DNA of 64,000 bases from Verrucomicrobiaceae bacterium (GTDB lineage Bacteria; Verrucomicrobiota; Verrucomicrobiia; Verrucomicrobiales; Akkermansiaceae), in the NCBI GenBank assembly GCA_051252135.1, contig JBPOGH010000001.1, positions 576,001-640,000 of the forward strand, read 5' to 3'. Under the pieces are notes generated by a model. That model was not told the DNA's origin. It was given only the letters and a program-made list of their open reading frames with translations, and searched no databases. Of this stretch, positions 9,462 to 19,735 are shown piece by piece; within the stretch, counting starts at the first letter, position 1; each line of letters starts with the position of its first letter. The translations under genes were made by a program, and so were the position numbers.

Positions 9462-10754
9462 TTAGTTAGGTGCTTTGGCTGTATATCTAAAGCCCCAAGC
9501 TCCGGTTTTTGTCTGCGATTCGGGCTCAATCGTCCAATCAAAGTCGGAAAGCTCTTCTTTGGCCTGCAGCGCGAGGTTGAACTTCGCCACGTCGTTGGTG
9601 TCTGCCGCCTCCCCCATCACCACAATCTCGCGATTCATCTCAAGCACGCCCCCATCAGCCACCTTGGGCTGATTATAGACCGTCACCAAAGTCAGGCGCA
9701 CCTTGCGCTCACCCACATTGGGCAAACAGGTCGAGACCTGATGAAACACCTCATAAGGATAAAATTCTTCCTCCACGACGGGAGAGAGCTCCTCCCACTT
9801 GTCTTGCAGCGACATCAATTGGGTAGTCTCACCACTGAGCTGACTGACCTGGCGCTCGGCAACCTGCGCATCTTTCTCCGCTTTCTGCACCTTGGTGTAA
9901 AGGAAAGCAATCACGCCGAGATAGGCAATCGCCATTGCCACCAGAAGAATGGTGCGGTTTCGCTTCGAAGCCGCCTGCATTCTCTCCGCCCGGACATCTT
10001 CCGGCAGGAGCTTGCTCGGTGGCATCGGCCAATGCGGACGGGGCTTGGGTGAAGGATTCACTTCCAGATTCACTCCCCGACTCAAGGCCTCCAGTTCTTC
10101 TTCGCGGGCATCGGCACTCGATCCGGTGGTCCACACCACCACTTCTCCCGGAGTTTCGGGCAGAAGCCCCTGCAACTGAAGTTGCGAAATCGCAAGTCGG
10201 ATATCCTTTCCCGCCCGGGCATCAAGATGCTCGCCGGGAAGACACTGAAAGTAGAGGGCCTTGGTTGATTCGCCGATTCCAAATACCCACCGCCCCAGTT
10301 CTTTCCACACGGCCACCTTACCTGCCGGCAAAGGAAGACAACGCGGAGACAGGTCAAAGGCTTCGGGACTACGACGCGGAAGTTCCCCCTCCTTGGGCGC
10401 GGAAAGAACCACCGAGGTCAGCACCGTGTCCTCACCTCCCTGACCATAAACAAAGTGATCGGTAAGCTGCCCTCCATCGAGCGAAGGCCGCACCCCGTTC
10501 TTCTCAAGATGCATCTCCGCGAGATCGTCGAGCAAATCAAGATCGGTCGTTTGCGCCCGGAAGGGCAAAGCCACCAACTGACGAACCGGCAGTGCCATTT
10601 GCAGCGGACCGGAGGGACACTCGGTCACCTCCAATGCCTTTCGATGTTCGGTCTCGGCATGACGGCTTAAGCCTTCGGCCGGGGTGCCTTTCCAGACCTC
10701 CCATCCCGTCGCTCCCGGCATCAATAAGATCAGGTCTCCTTTTTTAGCGCTCAT
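9462..10754 (-). CDS. GspL/PilMN-like assembly protein
   Basis: Cytoplasmic domain, TM helix 'TILLVAMAIAYLGVIAFLY', coiled coil and PilN-like C-terminus; 4-nt overlap with gspK. Confidence 0.7.
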   Translation of the reverse strand: MSAKKGDLILLMPGATGWEVWKGTPAEGLSRHAETEHRKALEVTECPSGPLQMALPVRQLVALPFRAQTTDLDLLDDLAEMHLEKNGVRPSLDGGQLTDHFVYGQGGEDTVLTSVVLSAPKEGELPRRSPEAFDLSPRCLPLPAGKVAVWKELGRWVFGIGESTKALYFQCLPGEHLDARAGKDIRLAISQLQLQGLLPETPGEVVVWTTGSSADAREEELEALSRGVNLEVNPSPKPRPHWPMPPSKLLPEDVRAERMQAASKRNRTILLVAMAIAYLGVIAFLYTKVQKAEKDAQVAERQVSQLSGETTQLMSLQDKWEELSPVVEEEFYPYEVFHQVSTCLPNVGERKVRLTLVTVYNQPKVADGGVLEMNREIVVMGEAADTNDVAKFNLALQAKEELSDFDWTIEPESQTKTGAWGFRYTAKAPN

Positions 10755-11674
10755 TTTACAAGTTCTTCTCTACGATCAAGGATCTGGGGATTTCCACTGC
10801 GGTTCCGTATGATGAGGACGATCTTTCTTCGAACATCCCCTGAAAAGCCAATACTTTCGATACGATCCGTCGAATCGTTCGAAGAAAAACGATTTCGAAT
10901 CGTTCCCGTCTCGTCTCCAAAGACCCCCATTTGCGTCAGAGCTTCATCCACCGAAAGCGGCGTATCATCCTCGGTGTCCTGAATCCCATCGGGACCCTCC
11001 ACGTAATCCACCACCGGAATCGCATCCTCAATATCCACCTCTGCCGCGATCGCCAGGTATTCCGCTGACGCTGCCGTAACATCCAGACCACCAGATGACC
11101 AAATGGTAAACCACTCACGCCAATTCGGATTGGCCGCTTCCACCACGTCCATTCCCCGCACCAGCCTCATCTCGTCGAGATCGTAAAAGGGCCGGTTGTA
11201 GGGCTGGTTGATAAATCCTTCATTCTCATACCAGTCAATTTCAGCACCATTGACCTCCTCGTTGTCATTGGGATCAATCCAATCCACCAGCGCATCCACA
11301 ATCCCGGAAGAAACATCATAATCGATCCCCCAATGGTCAAAAATCAACCGCAAGAGAGCCTTGTCTCCGCTCTGCAGAACGTAGTTGATGTTAAACGCCT
11401 TCCCTTCCGATTGAATCGACGCTTCAAACCCCGTTCCATCCTCAAACCCCTGCCTTAACAATGGGTCCCACTTCTCAACCACCGGATTCGCCGCAATCGC
11501 AATTCCCTTTTCAGCCTGCTGCCGCGCCTCAATTCCCGATGTCTGCGCATCCACCACATTGATCTGGTAGGAGACCACCCGCATCGCCGCCACGATCGCC
11601 AACCCCATGATTGCCATGATCCAAAAGACCGCAACCAGGGCTGCACCGCGTTTCCTTAGAGGCCGTAGTCTCAT
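10751..11674 (-). CDS. gspK: Minor pseudopilin GspK
   Basis: 'RGAALVAVFWIMAIM', 'IVDALVDWID...GAE..WY...PYNRPFYDLDEMRLVRGM'. Confidence 0.9.
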   Translation of the reverse strand: MRLRPLRKRGAALVAVFWIMAIMGLAIVAAMRVVSYQINVVDAQTSGIEARQQAEKGIAIAANPVVEKWDPLLRQGFEDGTGFEASIQSEGKAFNINYVLQSGDKALLRLIFDHWGIDYDVSSGIVDALVDWIDPNDNEEVNGAEIDWYENEGFINQPYNRPFYDLDEMRLVRGMDVVEAANPNWREWFTIWSSGGLDVTAASAEYLAIAAEVDIEDAIPVVDYVEGPDGIQDTEDDTPLSVDEALTQMGVFGDETGTIRNRFSSNDSTDRIESIGFSGDVRRKIVLIIRNRSGNPQILDRREELVK

Positions 11675-12525
11675 CGTCCCCCTCCATTCCGGTCGCCGCC
11701 ACGATTCCCCCCCTCTCCCGGAGGACGGGAACCACTGGGTCGCTCGGGTGACACGGTAGGCCGATTACCGCCCGGGGCACCCCCGATATTTGGGTTCGGA
11801 GTAGACACCCCTCCGTTCCCTCCCTGATTTCCCTGCACATTATTCCCCAGAGAAAGCATCAGTGTGACCGGGTTGACCTTCGATGGAATCCAGAAAACAC
11901 GCCGCACCACATCCCCCGTCTGCCCAAACGCCAAATGCAGCTCAACCTGGGTCGGCTTCCGTCCCGCCACTTCCCAGTCATTCTGCCACTCCAAGTCCTG
12001 ATTCCGGCCATCCAGAACCCGCCACTCAAACAATCGCAAGCCCTGCAACAAGGTGATCGAAGCAATCGGTTCAATCCCTAACTCGGCAAGCTCCCCATCG
12101 GCATCCAGAATTTGCTCATCAAAATAATCCAGAACGATATCGATCTCACCATCCTGCAGAGGCACCGTCCTGATCCGCAGCGCCTCCGAGGAAACCGCCA
12201 TCCCCCCCCAATTGAACGCGGTCGGCACGTTCTGAAAAATCATTTCCGAGAGATACTGACCACGTTGTTCCGTGTAAGTCAGCTCAATCCGGCAATTCCC
12301 GGGCAGCCCCTCAAAATGCCGTCTCATCAGCGTGAAAAACGCATCCTGGGTAATCTCGGCATTCTGGCGCTGTACCGTCTGCTGGGTCGATTTGATCGTC
12401 GAGTCCGCCAACCTCATGATCGAAGTCACCAACAAGCCCGAAATAATCATCGCCAACACCAGCTCCACCAAGGTGAAGCCTCTCTTCAGACGACCAAGCC
12501 GCCCTCTGTTCGGATGAATCTTCAT
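11671..12525 (-). CDS. gspJ: Minor pseudopilin GspJ
   Basis: Prepilin motif 'RGFTLVELVLAM'; 'W...W...KPTQVELHL'; gene order. Confidence 0.8.
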   Translation of the reverse strand: MKIHPNRGRLGRLKRGFTLVELVLAMIISGLLVTSIMRLADSTIKSTQQTVQRQNAEITQDAFFTLMRRHFEGLPGNCRIELTYTEQRGQYLSEMIFQNVPTAFNWGGMAVSSEALRIRTVPLQDGEIDIVLDYFDEQILDADGELAELGIEPIASITLLQGLRLFEWRVLDGRNQDLEWQNDWEVAGRKPTQVELHLAFGQTGDVVRRVFWIPSKVNPVTLMLSLGNNVQGNQGGNGGVSTPNPNIGGAPGGNRPTVSPERPSGSRPPGEGGNRGGDRNGGGR

Positions 12526-12932
12526 GGCTTGTAGAGCCTGAGATAACGCCAGCCCTCGGCGGTTTCCTGTTTTTCGCGCCCGTCCTCATACCACCGCGCC
12601 GTCACCACCACCCGATACATCTCCTGCAAGAGCTGCCCCTCCTCCGTCTCAATCTCCATCGGCTCGATCACCGTCAAAATCTCCATATCCCGCTCCTCAA
12701 TATCAGTCACCGTGCTTCCCTCTTCCAGGGTGGGCAGCATCAGGGTCTCGGTTAGGGCACTATCGACAATCTGGGTAATCTGCATCCGCTCCCCCACCAA
12801 CATCGAGTTTTTCCGAATCACCGCAAGAGCCTTCGTGAACCCCACCGCCATGATCCCAAAAACCATCAACGCCAGCACCACCTCCATCAGGAGGAAGCCG
12901 CGCTTGGGGCCTTGTTTGCAATTCAACCTCAT
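12522..12932 (-). CDS. gspI: Minor pseudopilin GspI-like
   Basis: 'RGFLLMEVVLALMVFGI', short, ends 'YRVVVTARW'; lies between gspH and gspJ. Confidence 0.75.
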   Translation of the reverse strand: MRLNCKQGPKRGFLLMEVVLALMVFGIMAVGFTKALAVIRKNSMLVGERMQITQIVDSALTETLMLPTLEEGSTVTDIEERDMEILTVIEPMEIETEEGQLLQEMYRVVVTARWYEDGREKQETAEGWRYLRLYKP

Positions 12933-13501
12933 CGTTTTCCAGTGATGGTCAGTGATTCATCCTCCGCCATTCCGGTGAGCGGATGGTAAATTCGCGACAG
13001 ACTGTTGTCGCCGAAGTCCTTCGAGAGCAGAATGGCCACCGGCTCGCAAAGTCCGGCCGGTTCCAATATCCACCGCTCTTTCAAATCTCCGGTCACCAAA
13101 TTGAAATTCTGCTGACCCCACCGCCGAACCGATAACTCATAGATCGGGTCCAACTCCTCAATCCGCGGCCAGGATTGCTCGGCCAGCGTCCGAAGACCAC
13201 CATCCGACTCAACGACATTTTGCTCGTTGGGATTGATCAGCGGACCAAGGGTGACCTTCCCCTCGCTCAACTCCACCACGAAGGCTTGTTGATAACTCAC
13301 CGCTAGGGCCCGCCCTTGCCTCACAAAGTCTTCAATTTTTGCATGTTCCTTACGAACCGCCTCTTCCTCTTGCGGCGAGTTCACCAGAAAAACCACCGAA
13401 GCCATCAGGACGCTCGCCACCCCTAACACCACAATGATCTCCATAAGACTGAAGCCCGGGCGGGTCAGTCTCATCGGTGAATCATTGAAGGAGTGGGTCA
13501 T
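12929..13501 (-). CDS. gspH: Minor pseudopilin GspH-like
   Basis: 'PGFSLMEIIVVLGV...VRQGRALAV...HPLTG'. Confidence 0.75.
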   Translation of the reverse strand: MTHSFNDSPMRLTRPGFSLMEIIVVLGVASVLMASVVFLVNSPQEEEAVRKEHAKIEDFVRQGRALAVSYQQAFVVELSEGKVTLGPLINPNEQNVVESDGGLRTLAEQSWPRIEELDPIYELSVRRWGQQNFNLVTGDLKERWILEPAGLCEPVAILLSKDFGDNSLSRIYHPLTGMAEDESLTITGKR

Positions 13502-13524
13502 GGGGTTGGCAAGATGAAGACGAA

Positions 13525-13977
13525 TTACTCGTCCTGACTGCTCATGTCGTCGTCCGTCCCGAACTTGCCGTCTTTCCCGGGACTGATGATTTCAGGTAAG
13601 GTCGGGTCCTTCGAGCCCGGCATCTTGTATTCATACGCATTCCCCCATCCGTCGGTGGGCAGTTCCGGAAAACTCTGCACCCAATCCTTGGGAATTGGCG
13701 ATGCCGTAGGCTTCTTCACCAGGGCCTCCAGCCCCTGGCTTTCAGTAGGATATCCCCGACGACCGCTCATCTTATAAGTGTCCAGGTGACCCAAAATGGC
13801 CGTAAAGTCCCGTCGCGTCGTTTGAATCCGCGCCTGGTCACCAAAGCTCCTCGAAGCATAAATGACCGAACCCAGGATGACCCCGATGATGCCCATCACG
13901 ATCACCATTTCAAAGAGGCTAAAACCGCGGGCGAATCCGCGAAGACGTCGATTTGTGGAAGATGTCTGAAGTTTCAT
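13525..13977 (-). CDS. gspG: Major pseudopilin GspG
   Basis: 'RGFSLFEMVIVMGII...YPTESQGLEALV..P...LPTDGWGNAYEY..PG...ISPGKDGKFGTDDDM'. Confidence 0.92.
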   Translation of the reverse strand: MKLQTSSTNRRLRGFARGFSLFEMVIVMGIIGVILGSVIYASRSFGDQARIQTTRRDFTAILGHLDTYKMSGRRGYPTESQGLEALVKKPTASPIPKDWVQSFPELPTDGWGNAYEYKMPGSKDPTLPEIISPGKDGKFGTDDDMSSQDE

Positions 13978-14136
13978 AATGTCTGTGAATGATCTCTACA
14001 CTGAAAATAACGCACACGAAACGCAAACTTGTCAGTGGATTCTTGGAAGAATCTTCCATTCCCGCCCAAAGGGATTTCCTTTTGCCCGATTTACCGTAAA
14101 GTAATGTCTGGTTAATAAACTCCCGCCCATATCCCA

Positions 14137-14979
14137 ATGTCTCTTGAAATCCTTCCTCCAACCAGCTGCCTCTTTCTCCGCGCTCACTCAGAGACCTTCA
14201 GCGGAGTTCCGGCTTTGCTTGGAATCCCCTTCGGAAAAGGCACCGACGATAGCGCCGATGTCACCCGCGCCGCCTCCCAATCCCTCAAATCCTACTCCCC
14301 CGCTTCAGATGCCGACCTCGCGGACATTCTTTTCACCGATTATGGAAACCTCGTCCTAAAAACCGACTCGGCCGAGGATGCCGCCCGCATCGTGGGTGAC
14401 GCCACTCGCGCCGTCCTCGGAACCGGAGCCACCCCCATCCTCTTCGGTGGAGATGGCTCCCCCTTCCCCGGCGCCGTCAGGGCGACCCTTGACCGCTACC
14501 CAAATCTCGTCGTCATCCAAATTTCCGCCTCCCCCAAGCTGGGTTCGGGTATCAGTGACAAGTGGCACCCCGGATCCGCCACCGCCCGCATCCTCGACCG
14601 ACTCCCCGGCGATCAACTCCTCCAGCTCGGAATGCACGAAGGACTCAAAAAGGACTTTGAAGAAATGCGCGAGGAAAACCGCCTCGTTACCATCAAGGAC
14701 CTCCCCGATCGGCTCGATGACTCTCCCGTTTACCTGAGCCTCGACCTCGACGTCTTCGAATCCTCTCTCTTCTCCGCCACCGGCATCCACGAACCGGGGG
14801 GGCTTCTCTGGAGAGACTTCGAAGCCCTCCTCGACACCATTCCTTGGGCCAAGGTGAAAGGGATCGACTTCAGCGGACTCGTCCCGGATACCGATCTCAC
14901 CGGCTACTCCTCCCTCGCCAGCGCCAAGATTCTCCGCGAATTCATCCTCCGCCTTCCCCAGCCCGAGTTTGAAAGCTAA
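14137..14979 (+). CDS. Agmatinase/arginase-fold protein with degenerate metal site
   Basis: Ureohydrolase scaffold ('LLGIPF', 'DYGNL', 'YLSLDLDVF', 'TGIHEPGGL'), but GGDHS is replaced by GGDGS and DAHxD by SASPK. Confidence 0.8.
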   Translation: MSLEILPPTSCLFLRAHSETFSGVPALLGIPFGKGTDDSADVTRAASQSLKSYSPASDADLADILFTDYGNLVLKTDSAEDAARIVGDATRAVLGTGATPILFGGDGSPFPGAVRATLDRYPNLVVIQISASPKLGSGISDKWHPGSATARILDRLPGDQLLQLGMHEGLKKDFEEMREENRLVTIKDLPDRLDDSPVYLSLDLDVFESSLFSATGIHEPGGLLWRDFEALLDTIPWAKVKGIDFSGLVPDTDLTGYSSLASAKILREFILRLPQPEFES

Positions 14980-14988
14980 AATGAGGAT

Positions 14989-15384
14989 TTAAAACGCATT
15001 CTCCACCAGATTCACCGCCGGTCGTTCACCCTCTTGCAGGATGATCTCCACCACGTCGAAGCGCCACGAGATCGTCCGCCTGAAATCCTCGTCATCCTCG
15101 CGGTGCTCCTCCGCAAGCAATCGCAGCCACTCGTTCGCTCCCCGCTCAATCAAGGTTTGCTTGTCCCGATCCACGGCCTCCAGCGGACGCCCATACCCCT
15201 TCCGTGTTCGCGTTTTCACCTCTACAAAAACGAGCTGCTTATAATCACGACCTCCCCGCATCACCAGATCCACCTCTCCCCCCTTCGGGGCCCGGAAGTT
15301 TCGATAGAGAAGCTTCCAGCCCTTTCGCATCAGGAAATGCGCTGCGATCCGCTCGCCAAGCGCACCCACCTCCATATGCCCCAT
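14989..15384 (-). CDS. yraN: YraN-family predicted endonuclease
   Basis: 'GALGERIAAHFL...RNFR...GEVDLV...LVFVEVKTR...PLEAVD...RFDVVEI'; directly downstream of rnhB; start inferred. Confidence 0.88.
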   Translation of the reverse strand: MGHMEVGALGERIAAHFLMRKGWKLLYRNFRAPKGGEVDLVMRGGRDYKQLVFVEVKTRTRKGYGRPLEAVDRDKQTLIERGANEWLRLLAEEHREDDEDFRRTISWRFDVVEIILQEGERPAVNLVENAF

Positions 15385-15394
15385 CCGGCGACCC

Positions 15395-16015
15395 CTAATC
15401 TCCAGACGGGAGGCAGAGTTGAGCAACGGGCTGAAACGAGCGACGATGGAGCGGGCACGGGCCATGCCGTCTGAGAGCTTCCAAATGCGCCTTCGTTCCA
15501 TATCCCTTGTGCCGTTCAAAACCATAATGCGGATAAACCTCGGCTGCCGATCTCATAATCCGGTCCCGCGTCACTTTCGCAAAAATACTTGCTGTCGCAA
15601 TCGACAGACTCTTCGAGTCCCCCTTCACAATCCCCTCGTGCGGATAGGGATAATTGGGAACCGCAAGCCCATCAATCAACACCATCCCCGGCGTCACGCC
15701 CAACCCTGCGACACATCGCGCCATGCCCGCATGGGTCGCTTTTAAAATATTAATCTCATCGATCTCCCCCGCCTCCACCACGCTCACCGCCCACGAAAGA
15801 TCATCCATCGCAATCAACTCATCATAAATCGCCTCCCTCACCTTTTCGCTCAGCTTTTTCGAGTCGTTGATCTTGGAGTGCGCAAATCCCTTTGGCAAAA
15901 TCACCGCACCCACCACCACCGGCCCGGCCAAGGGACCACGCCCCGCTTCATCAACTCCCACCACCGGGCTCAAACCCGCCCGCGCATGCTTCTTTTCAAA
16001 TTCCCAGGTTGGCAT
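15395..16015 (-). CDS. rnhB: Ribonuclease HII
   Basis: 'GVDEAGRGPLAGPVV...DSKKLS...KGDSKSLSIATASIFAKVTRD...HKGYGT...HRRSF'. Confidence 0.97.
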   Translation of the reverse strand: MPTWEFEKKHARAGLSPVVGVDEAGRGPLAGPVVVGAVILPKGFAHSKINDSKKLSEKVREAIYDELIAMDDLSWAVSVVEAGEIDEINILKATHAGMARCVAGLGVTPGMVLIDGLAVPNYPYPHEGIVKGDSKSLSIATASIFAKVTRDRIMRSAAEVYPHYGFERHKGYGTKAHLEALRRHGPCPLHRRSFQPVAQLCLPSGD

Positions 16016-16196
16016 TCCTCAATCCGAGAATACGCCTCCCGGACAAACTGGCAAGCCCTCGACACCCAACCTCGAAACTCCGGATTTCAAAATCCATCAT
16101 TTACCCTCGATTCCCAATGGACCAATTTCTGAAAACCTTTCGCATTCCCTGGAACAAAGCCTAACTCTTCGCTAAGCCACCAACGACTTCCCCAAC

Positions 16197-17390
16197 ATGG
16201 CCGAGCCCACAAAACAACACCGTCGGCGCATTCTCCTGGAGATCGAAACCGCAATCGCCCCGGGCCGGGACATGCTCCGGGGCATCGCCAAATTTTCCGG
16301 CGAAATCCATCGCTGGGATATCCACCACAACGCCGGACACTGGGCCCTCCATGGAAGCATTTCAGGCCCTTCCCACATTGAACCAATTTCTCCCGATCGC
16401 CGGATCGACGGCGTCATCACCCGCATCTACGATGAAGACGGACGTAAGCGCGCGCACGACCTCATCTCCAGGGGAATTCCCGTCGTCGACATCCTCGGCG
16501 ACCACAACGACCGCACCCTCCCTCTCGTCCATACTGACGATCACGCCGTTGCCAAAGTCGCCCTCAGTCACCTCATTGAACAAGGCTTCGGACGCTTCGC
16601 TTTTTGCGGCATTGCCGATACCCGGTGGTCGGAACAACGTGGGAAAAGCTTCACTCGGGAAGTCGAAAAACTCGGCCTAACCGCTCCCTCAATCACGGTC
16701 TCCAAATCTCATCAGGAACATGATCAAAGCGATGGCAAGCGCATCGAAGACTGGCTCAATACCCTCACCCTTCCGCTCGGAATCTTCGTCTCTTGTGACC
16801 ACATCGCCCCCCTCATCCTCAGCGCTTGCGCCCGCCTGGGAATTACCGTGCCCGAAGAATTGGCTCTTGTCGGGGTGAATAACGACACGGTCGCCTGTAA
16901 CGTCTGCAGCCCTACCCTTTCCAGCATCGATGCCTCACACTTCGAAGTCGGTTACCGCGCGGCCCGTATGCTCAACGACCTCCTCGAAGGAATCACTCCC
17001 GAATCAAACACCATTCTCATTCCACCCAGCCGCCTGGTCGTTCGCGGCTCTTCCGGGGAACTCGCCATCAGCGATCCCCTCATTGCCCGGGCCGCACGGT
17101 TTATCAATCGAAACGCCGGCAGCCCGATCGGCGTCGATGATGTCGTCTCCTCGGTCCCCCTTTCCCGCCGCGAACTTCAACGCCGGTTCCGCCAGATCAC
17201 CGGCCGAACCATCCACGCCAGCATTCTCGACGCCCGCATGAACATCGCCAAACGACTCCTCGGAAACCCCGAATACACCGTCGATGCCGTCGCGGAACTC
17301 TCCGGCTTCGGAAGCCGCCAACACTTCGCCAAGACCTTCAAAGCCCATACCGGCATCACCCCTGCCAAATACCGCAGGAATAATACGTGA
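16197..17390 (+). CDS. XylR-type regulator (LacI-type sensor plus AraC HTH)
   Basis: 'VPEELALVGVNND...PTLSSID...GYRAA...VVRGSS' and C-terminal 'AELSGFGSRQHFAKTFKAHTGITPAKYR'. Confidence 0.9.
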   Translation: MAEPTKQHRRRILLEIETAIAPGRDMLRGIAKFSGEIHRWDIHHNAGHWALHGSISGPSHIEPISPDRRIDGVITRIYDEDGRKRAHDLISRGIPVVDILGDHNDRTLPLVHTDDHAVAKVALSHLIEQGFGRFAFCGIADTRWSEQRGKSFTREVEKLGLTAPSITVSKSHQEHDQSDGKRIEDWLNTLTLPLGIFVSCDHIAPLILSACARLGITVPEELALVGVNNDTVACNVCSPTLSSIDASHFEVGYRAARMLNDLLEGITPESNTILIPPSRLVVRGSSGELAISDPLIARAARFINRNAGSPIGVDDVVSSVPLSRRELQRRFRQITGRTIHASILDARMNIAKRLLGNPEYTVDAVAELSGFGSRQHFAKTFKAHTGITPAKYRRNNT

Positions 17391-17564
17391 GCTGAAAATC
17401 CTCACCCCACCTTGCCGCTTCGGGAAAATCCTCCGCCCGGAAGCTCAAGCCCTCCCCCACTCTGCAAACGAGTGAAAAGGAACTTCCGCGCCGTCCGGTT
17501 CATCTTTTTTTAAACCTGCGCTGTCCGGGTCAATCGCCGTCTTTTCCCTCGATCTGAAAATACA

Positions 17565-17595
17565 TTGCTAAGTACAAGCCCGTGACGGAGATACC
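17565..17595 (+). promoter_or_regulatory. Candidate ECF promoter TTGCTAAG-N17-GAT upstream of ECF sigma
   Basis: Same motif and spacing at 20589-20619(-) and 23599-23629(-). Confidence 0.6.
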
Positions 17596-17657
17596 CACTA
17601 CAGAATAGTTAGGGTCTTCGCGCTTCGGCAAAGCTCGATCCACCTGCCTTCCCATGG

Positions 17658-18209
17658 ATGAAGATCGACCACACAGATGAATCTGGAAACCTGGACCTCC
17701 AAACCGGTTTCCTTCAGTTGATGCCTGAACTTAAAGGCTGGTTCAGTGGCATGGTCGCGGACCGTGCCTTGGTAGACGATCTCGTCCAGGAAACCTTCCT
17801 CACTGTATTCCGGAAGCAGGACACCTTCGAAGTAGGCACCAACTTCCGGGCGTGGGTCTTTGCCATTGCTCGCTTTAAACTCCTCAACGTATCCCGGAAC
17901 CCGGCAAATTCTGAAGTGTGCCTGTCAGAGTCCGTCCTCGACGCTGTCCTCCACGACGAATCCCCGGCCCAATCCTGGGATCAGCGCCTCGAATTCCTCA
18001 ACCGCTGCCTCAAAAAACTCGCTCCCCGCGCCAGAGAGGTTATCGAGTTGCGCTATTTTTCTGACTTAAATCCGCCCGAGGTCGCGGACTCAATCAACTG
18101 GTCCACTGGCTCCGTCAATGTGGCCCTCACCAGAGCCCGTCAAGTCCTCGCACAATGCGTGCAAGCGGAGATCGACCACCTCGAACAACAATCCCCCGGA
18201 AAATCATGA
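17658..18209 (+). CDS. ECF sigma-70 factor
   Basis: 'VDDLVQETFL...FRAWVFAIARF...CLKKL...IELRY...VNVALTRARQVLAQCV'. Confidence 0.93.
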   Translation: MKIDHTDESGNLDLQTGFLQLMPELKGWFSGMVADRALVDDLVQETFLTVFRKQDTFEVGTNFRAWVFAIARFKLLNVSRNPANSEVCLSESVLDAVLHDESPAQSWDQRLEFLNRCLKKLAPRAREVIELRYFSDLNPPEVADSINWSTGSVNVALTRARQVLAQCVQAEIDHLEQQSPGKS

Positions 18210-19597
18210 ATTCGGAATCCGAGCATCTCCTCATTCACAAGTTCTTCGATCAGTCCCTGCAAGCAGGCGAAAAGGATGAGCTCGAAGGTCTCCTTCTTTC
18301 ATCTCCTGAAGCCAGGGAAGAGTTTCGGCGCATCGGACAAATTCATGGCCTCCTCCGCCTTTCCTCCGAAATGACCCGGGGCAGAAATGCAGCCGCCACC
18401 GATATCGCCACCCCGTTCCTTCCCAAGAACGCTTCCTCCCGGCCCACCTCACCTGCCCGTCGAAACCTCCTCCTTGTCGCCGTCAGCGTCGCAGCGTGCA
18501 TCGGCATTTATCTGAGCCTCGATTATTCTGCTCGAAGCAAAAACACGTCACCTCCGGTAATCTCAACCCTTCCCGGATTGGCCTCCATCACCTCCAACAC
18601 TCGAATCGAGTGGGGCGAAATCTCACAAAAACCCCGCGACAACCAACTCGACGCCGGAATCTACCACCTCGGATTTGGAAACTTGCGATTCGAAATGGGC
18701 GCCGGTGCCGCCGTCTGCGTATCCGCGCCTTGCCAATTTGAAATCCTCTCGCCCAAAGCGATCAGAGTCGCTCACGGAAAACTCACCGCCCGACTCCCTG
18801 ACAAAGAAGATGAACTTATCATCACCATGCCCGGCCTCAAGCTCACCGACCTGGGCACCGGCTTCGGTGTCGACGTGAGCAAGGAGGGCGAGTCCCTCGT
18901 CTCCGTATTCGAGGGCAAAGTGGAACTCCAGGGACAACTAAATGAGTCCAGCACCATCCTGCAGGCCGGCCGATCGATCAAACACTCCAACACCAAAGGG
19001 CACTCTCTCCAACCACTGAAATTCGACCCCACACCCTTCCGCGATCTTTGGCCCCTGACACTCGGAATCGATGATGCCTCGGACCTGGTCAATTTTGCCC
19101 CTCCCGGCCCACCCGACTCCACTCTGTTCAGCCTCCAGGACCCGGACCATGTCTACCTCTTCCCCGAGCAACAGTCGATCACTCTGGAGGCCCCCCTCCT
19201 CGTAGACCTCTCTTCCGCCGATTCCACCTGGCCGAACTCCGGAAAACTTTCCTATCTCTCCAAAGGCCGCTCAATCAGCAGCTACCTGATCTTTTACAAC
19301 CCGCCCAAGGGCAAAAAAGTCCCGGTGCGCAAACTCTACGGCTCCATCACCTTCAACCGCGAGATCCTTGGCGTCATCTGCACTGCGAAACCCTTGGCTC
19401 TTTCCGACAACATCTTGGGCATCGTGATGCGGAAGCACGCCCTCTCCGCGAATCGTCAGCTCGAAAGCAATGACAGCCTCGAAGGAAAAGTGCCTCATGA
19501 CACCGTGACCTTGAGCTCCGACCGACGCTCAATTCACTTCAACTTCAATGCCCGGGAAGGAATCGACAACATGCGCATCCTTCTCAGCGATGACTAG
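18206..19597 (+). CDS. FecR-domain anti-sigma factor
   Basis: ATGA overlap with the sigma stop; TM helix; 'TDLGTGFGVDV...VSVFEGKV'; additional C-terminal domain. Confidence 0.88.
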   Translation: MNSESEHLLIHKFFDQSLQAGEKDELEGLLLSSPEAREEFRRIGQIHGLLRLSSEMTRGRNAAATDIATPFLPKNASSRPTSPARRNLLLVAVSVAACIGIYLSLDYSARSKNTSPPVISTLPGLASITSNTRIEWGEISQKPRDNQLDAGIYHLGFGNLRFEMGAGAAVCVSAPCQFEILSPKAIRVAHGKLTARLPDKEDELIITMPGLKLTDLGTGFGVDVSKEGESLVSVFEGKVELQGQLNESSTILQAGRSIKHSNTKGHSLQPLKFDPTPFRDLWPLTLGIDDASDLVNFAPPGPPDSTLFSLQDPDHVYLFPEQQSITLEAPLLVDLSSADSTWPNSGKLSYLSKGRSISSYLIFYNPPKGKKVPVRKLYGSITFNREILGVICTAKPLALSDNILGIVMRKHALSANRQLESNDSLEGKVPHDTVTLSSDRRSIHFNFNAREGIDNMRILLSDD

Positions 19598-19735
19598 TCC
19601 TCTTCAAAGAGCACATTCAAGAAAACCCCCCTTTCACTCAAATTGGGAAAAGGCACTCTTGGGATTGGCTTCCCCATAAAAAACTCGTTCGCCAGTCGGC
19701 GCAAAGCAAGACTCCCATCCTCTTTCACCATGCCT

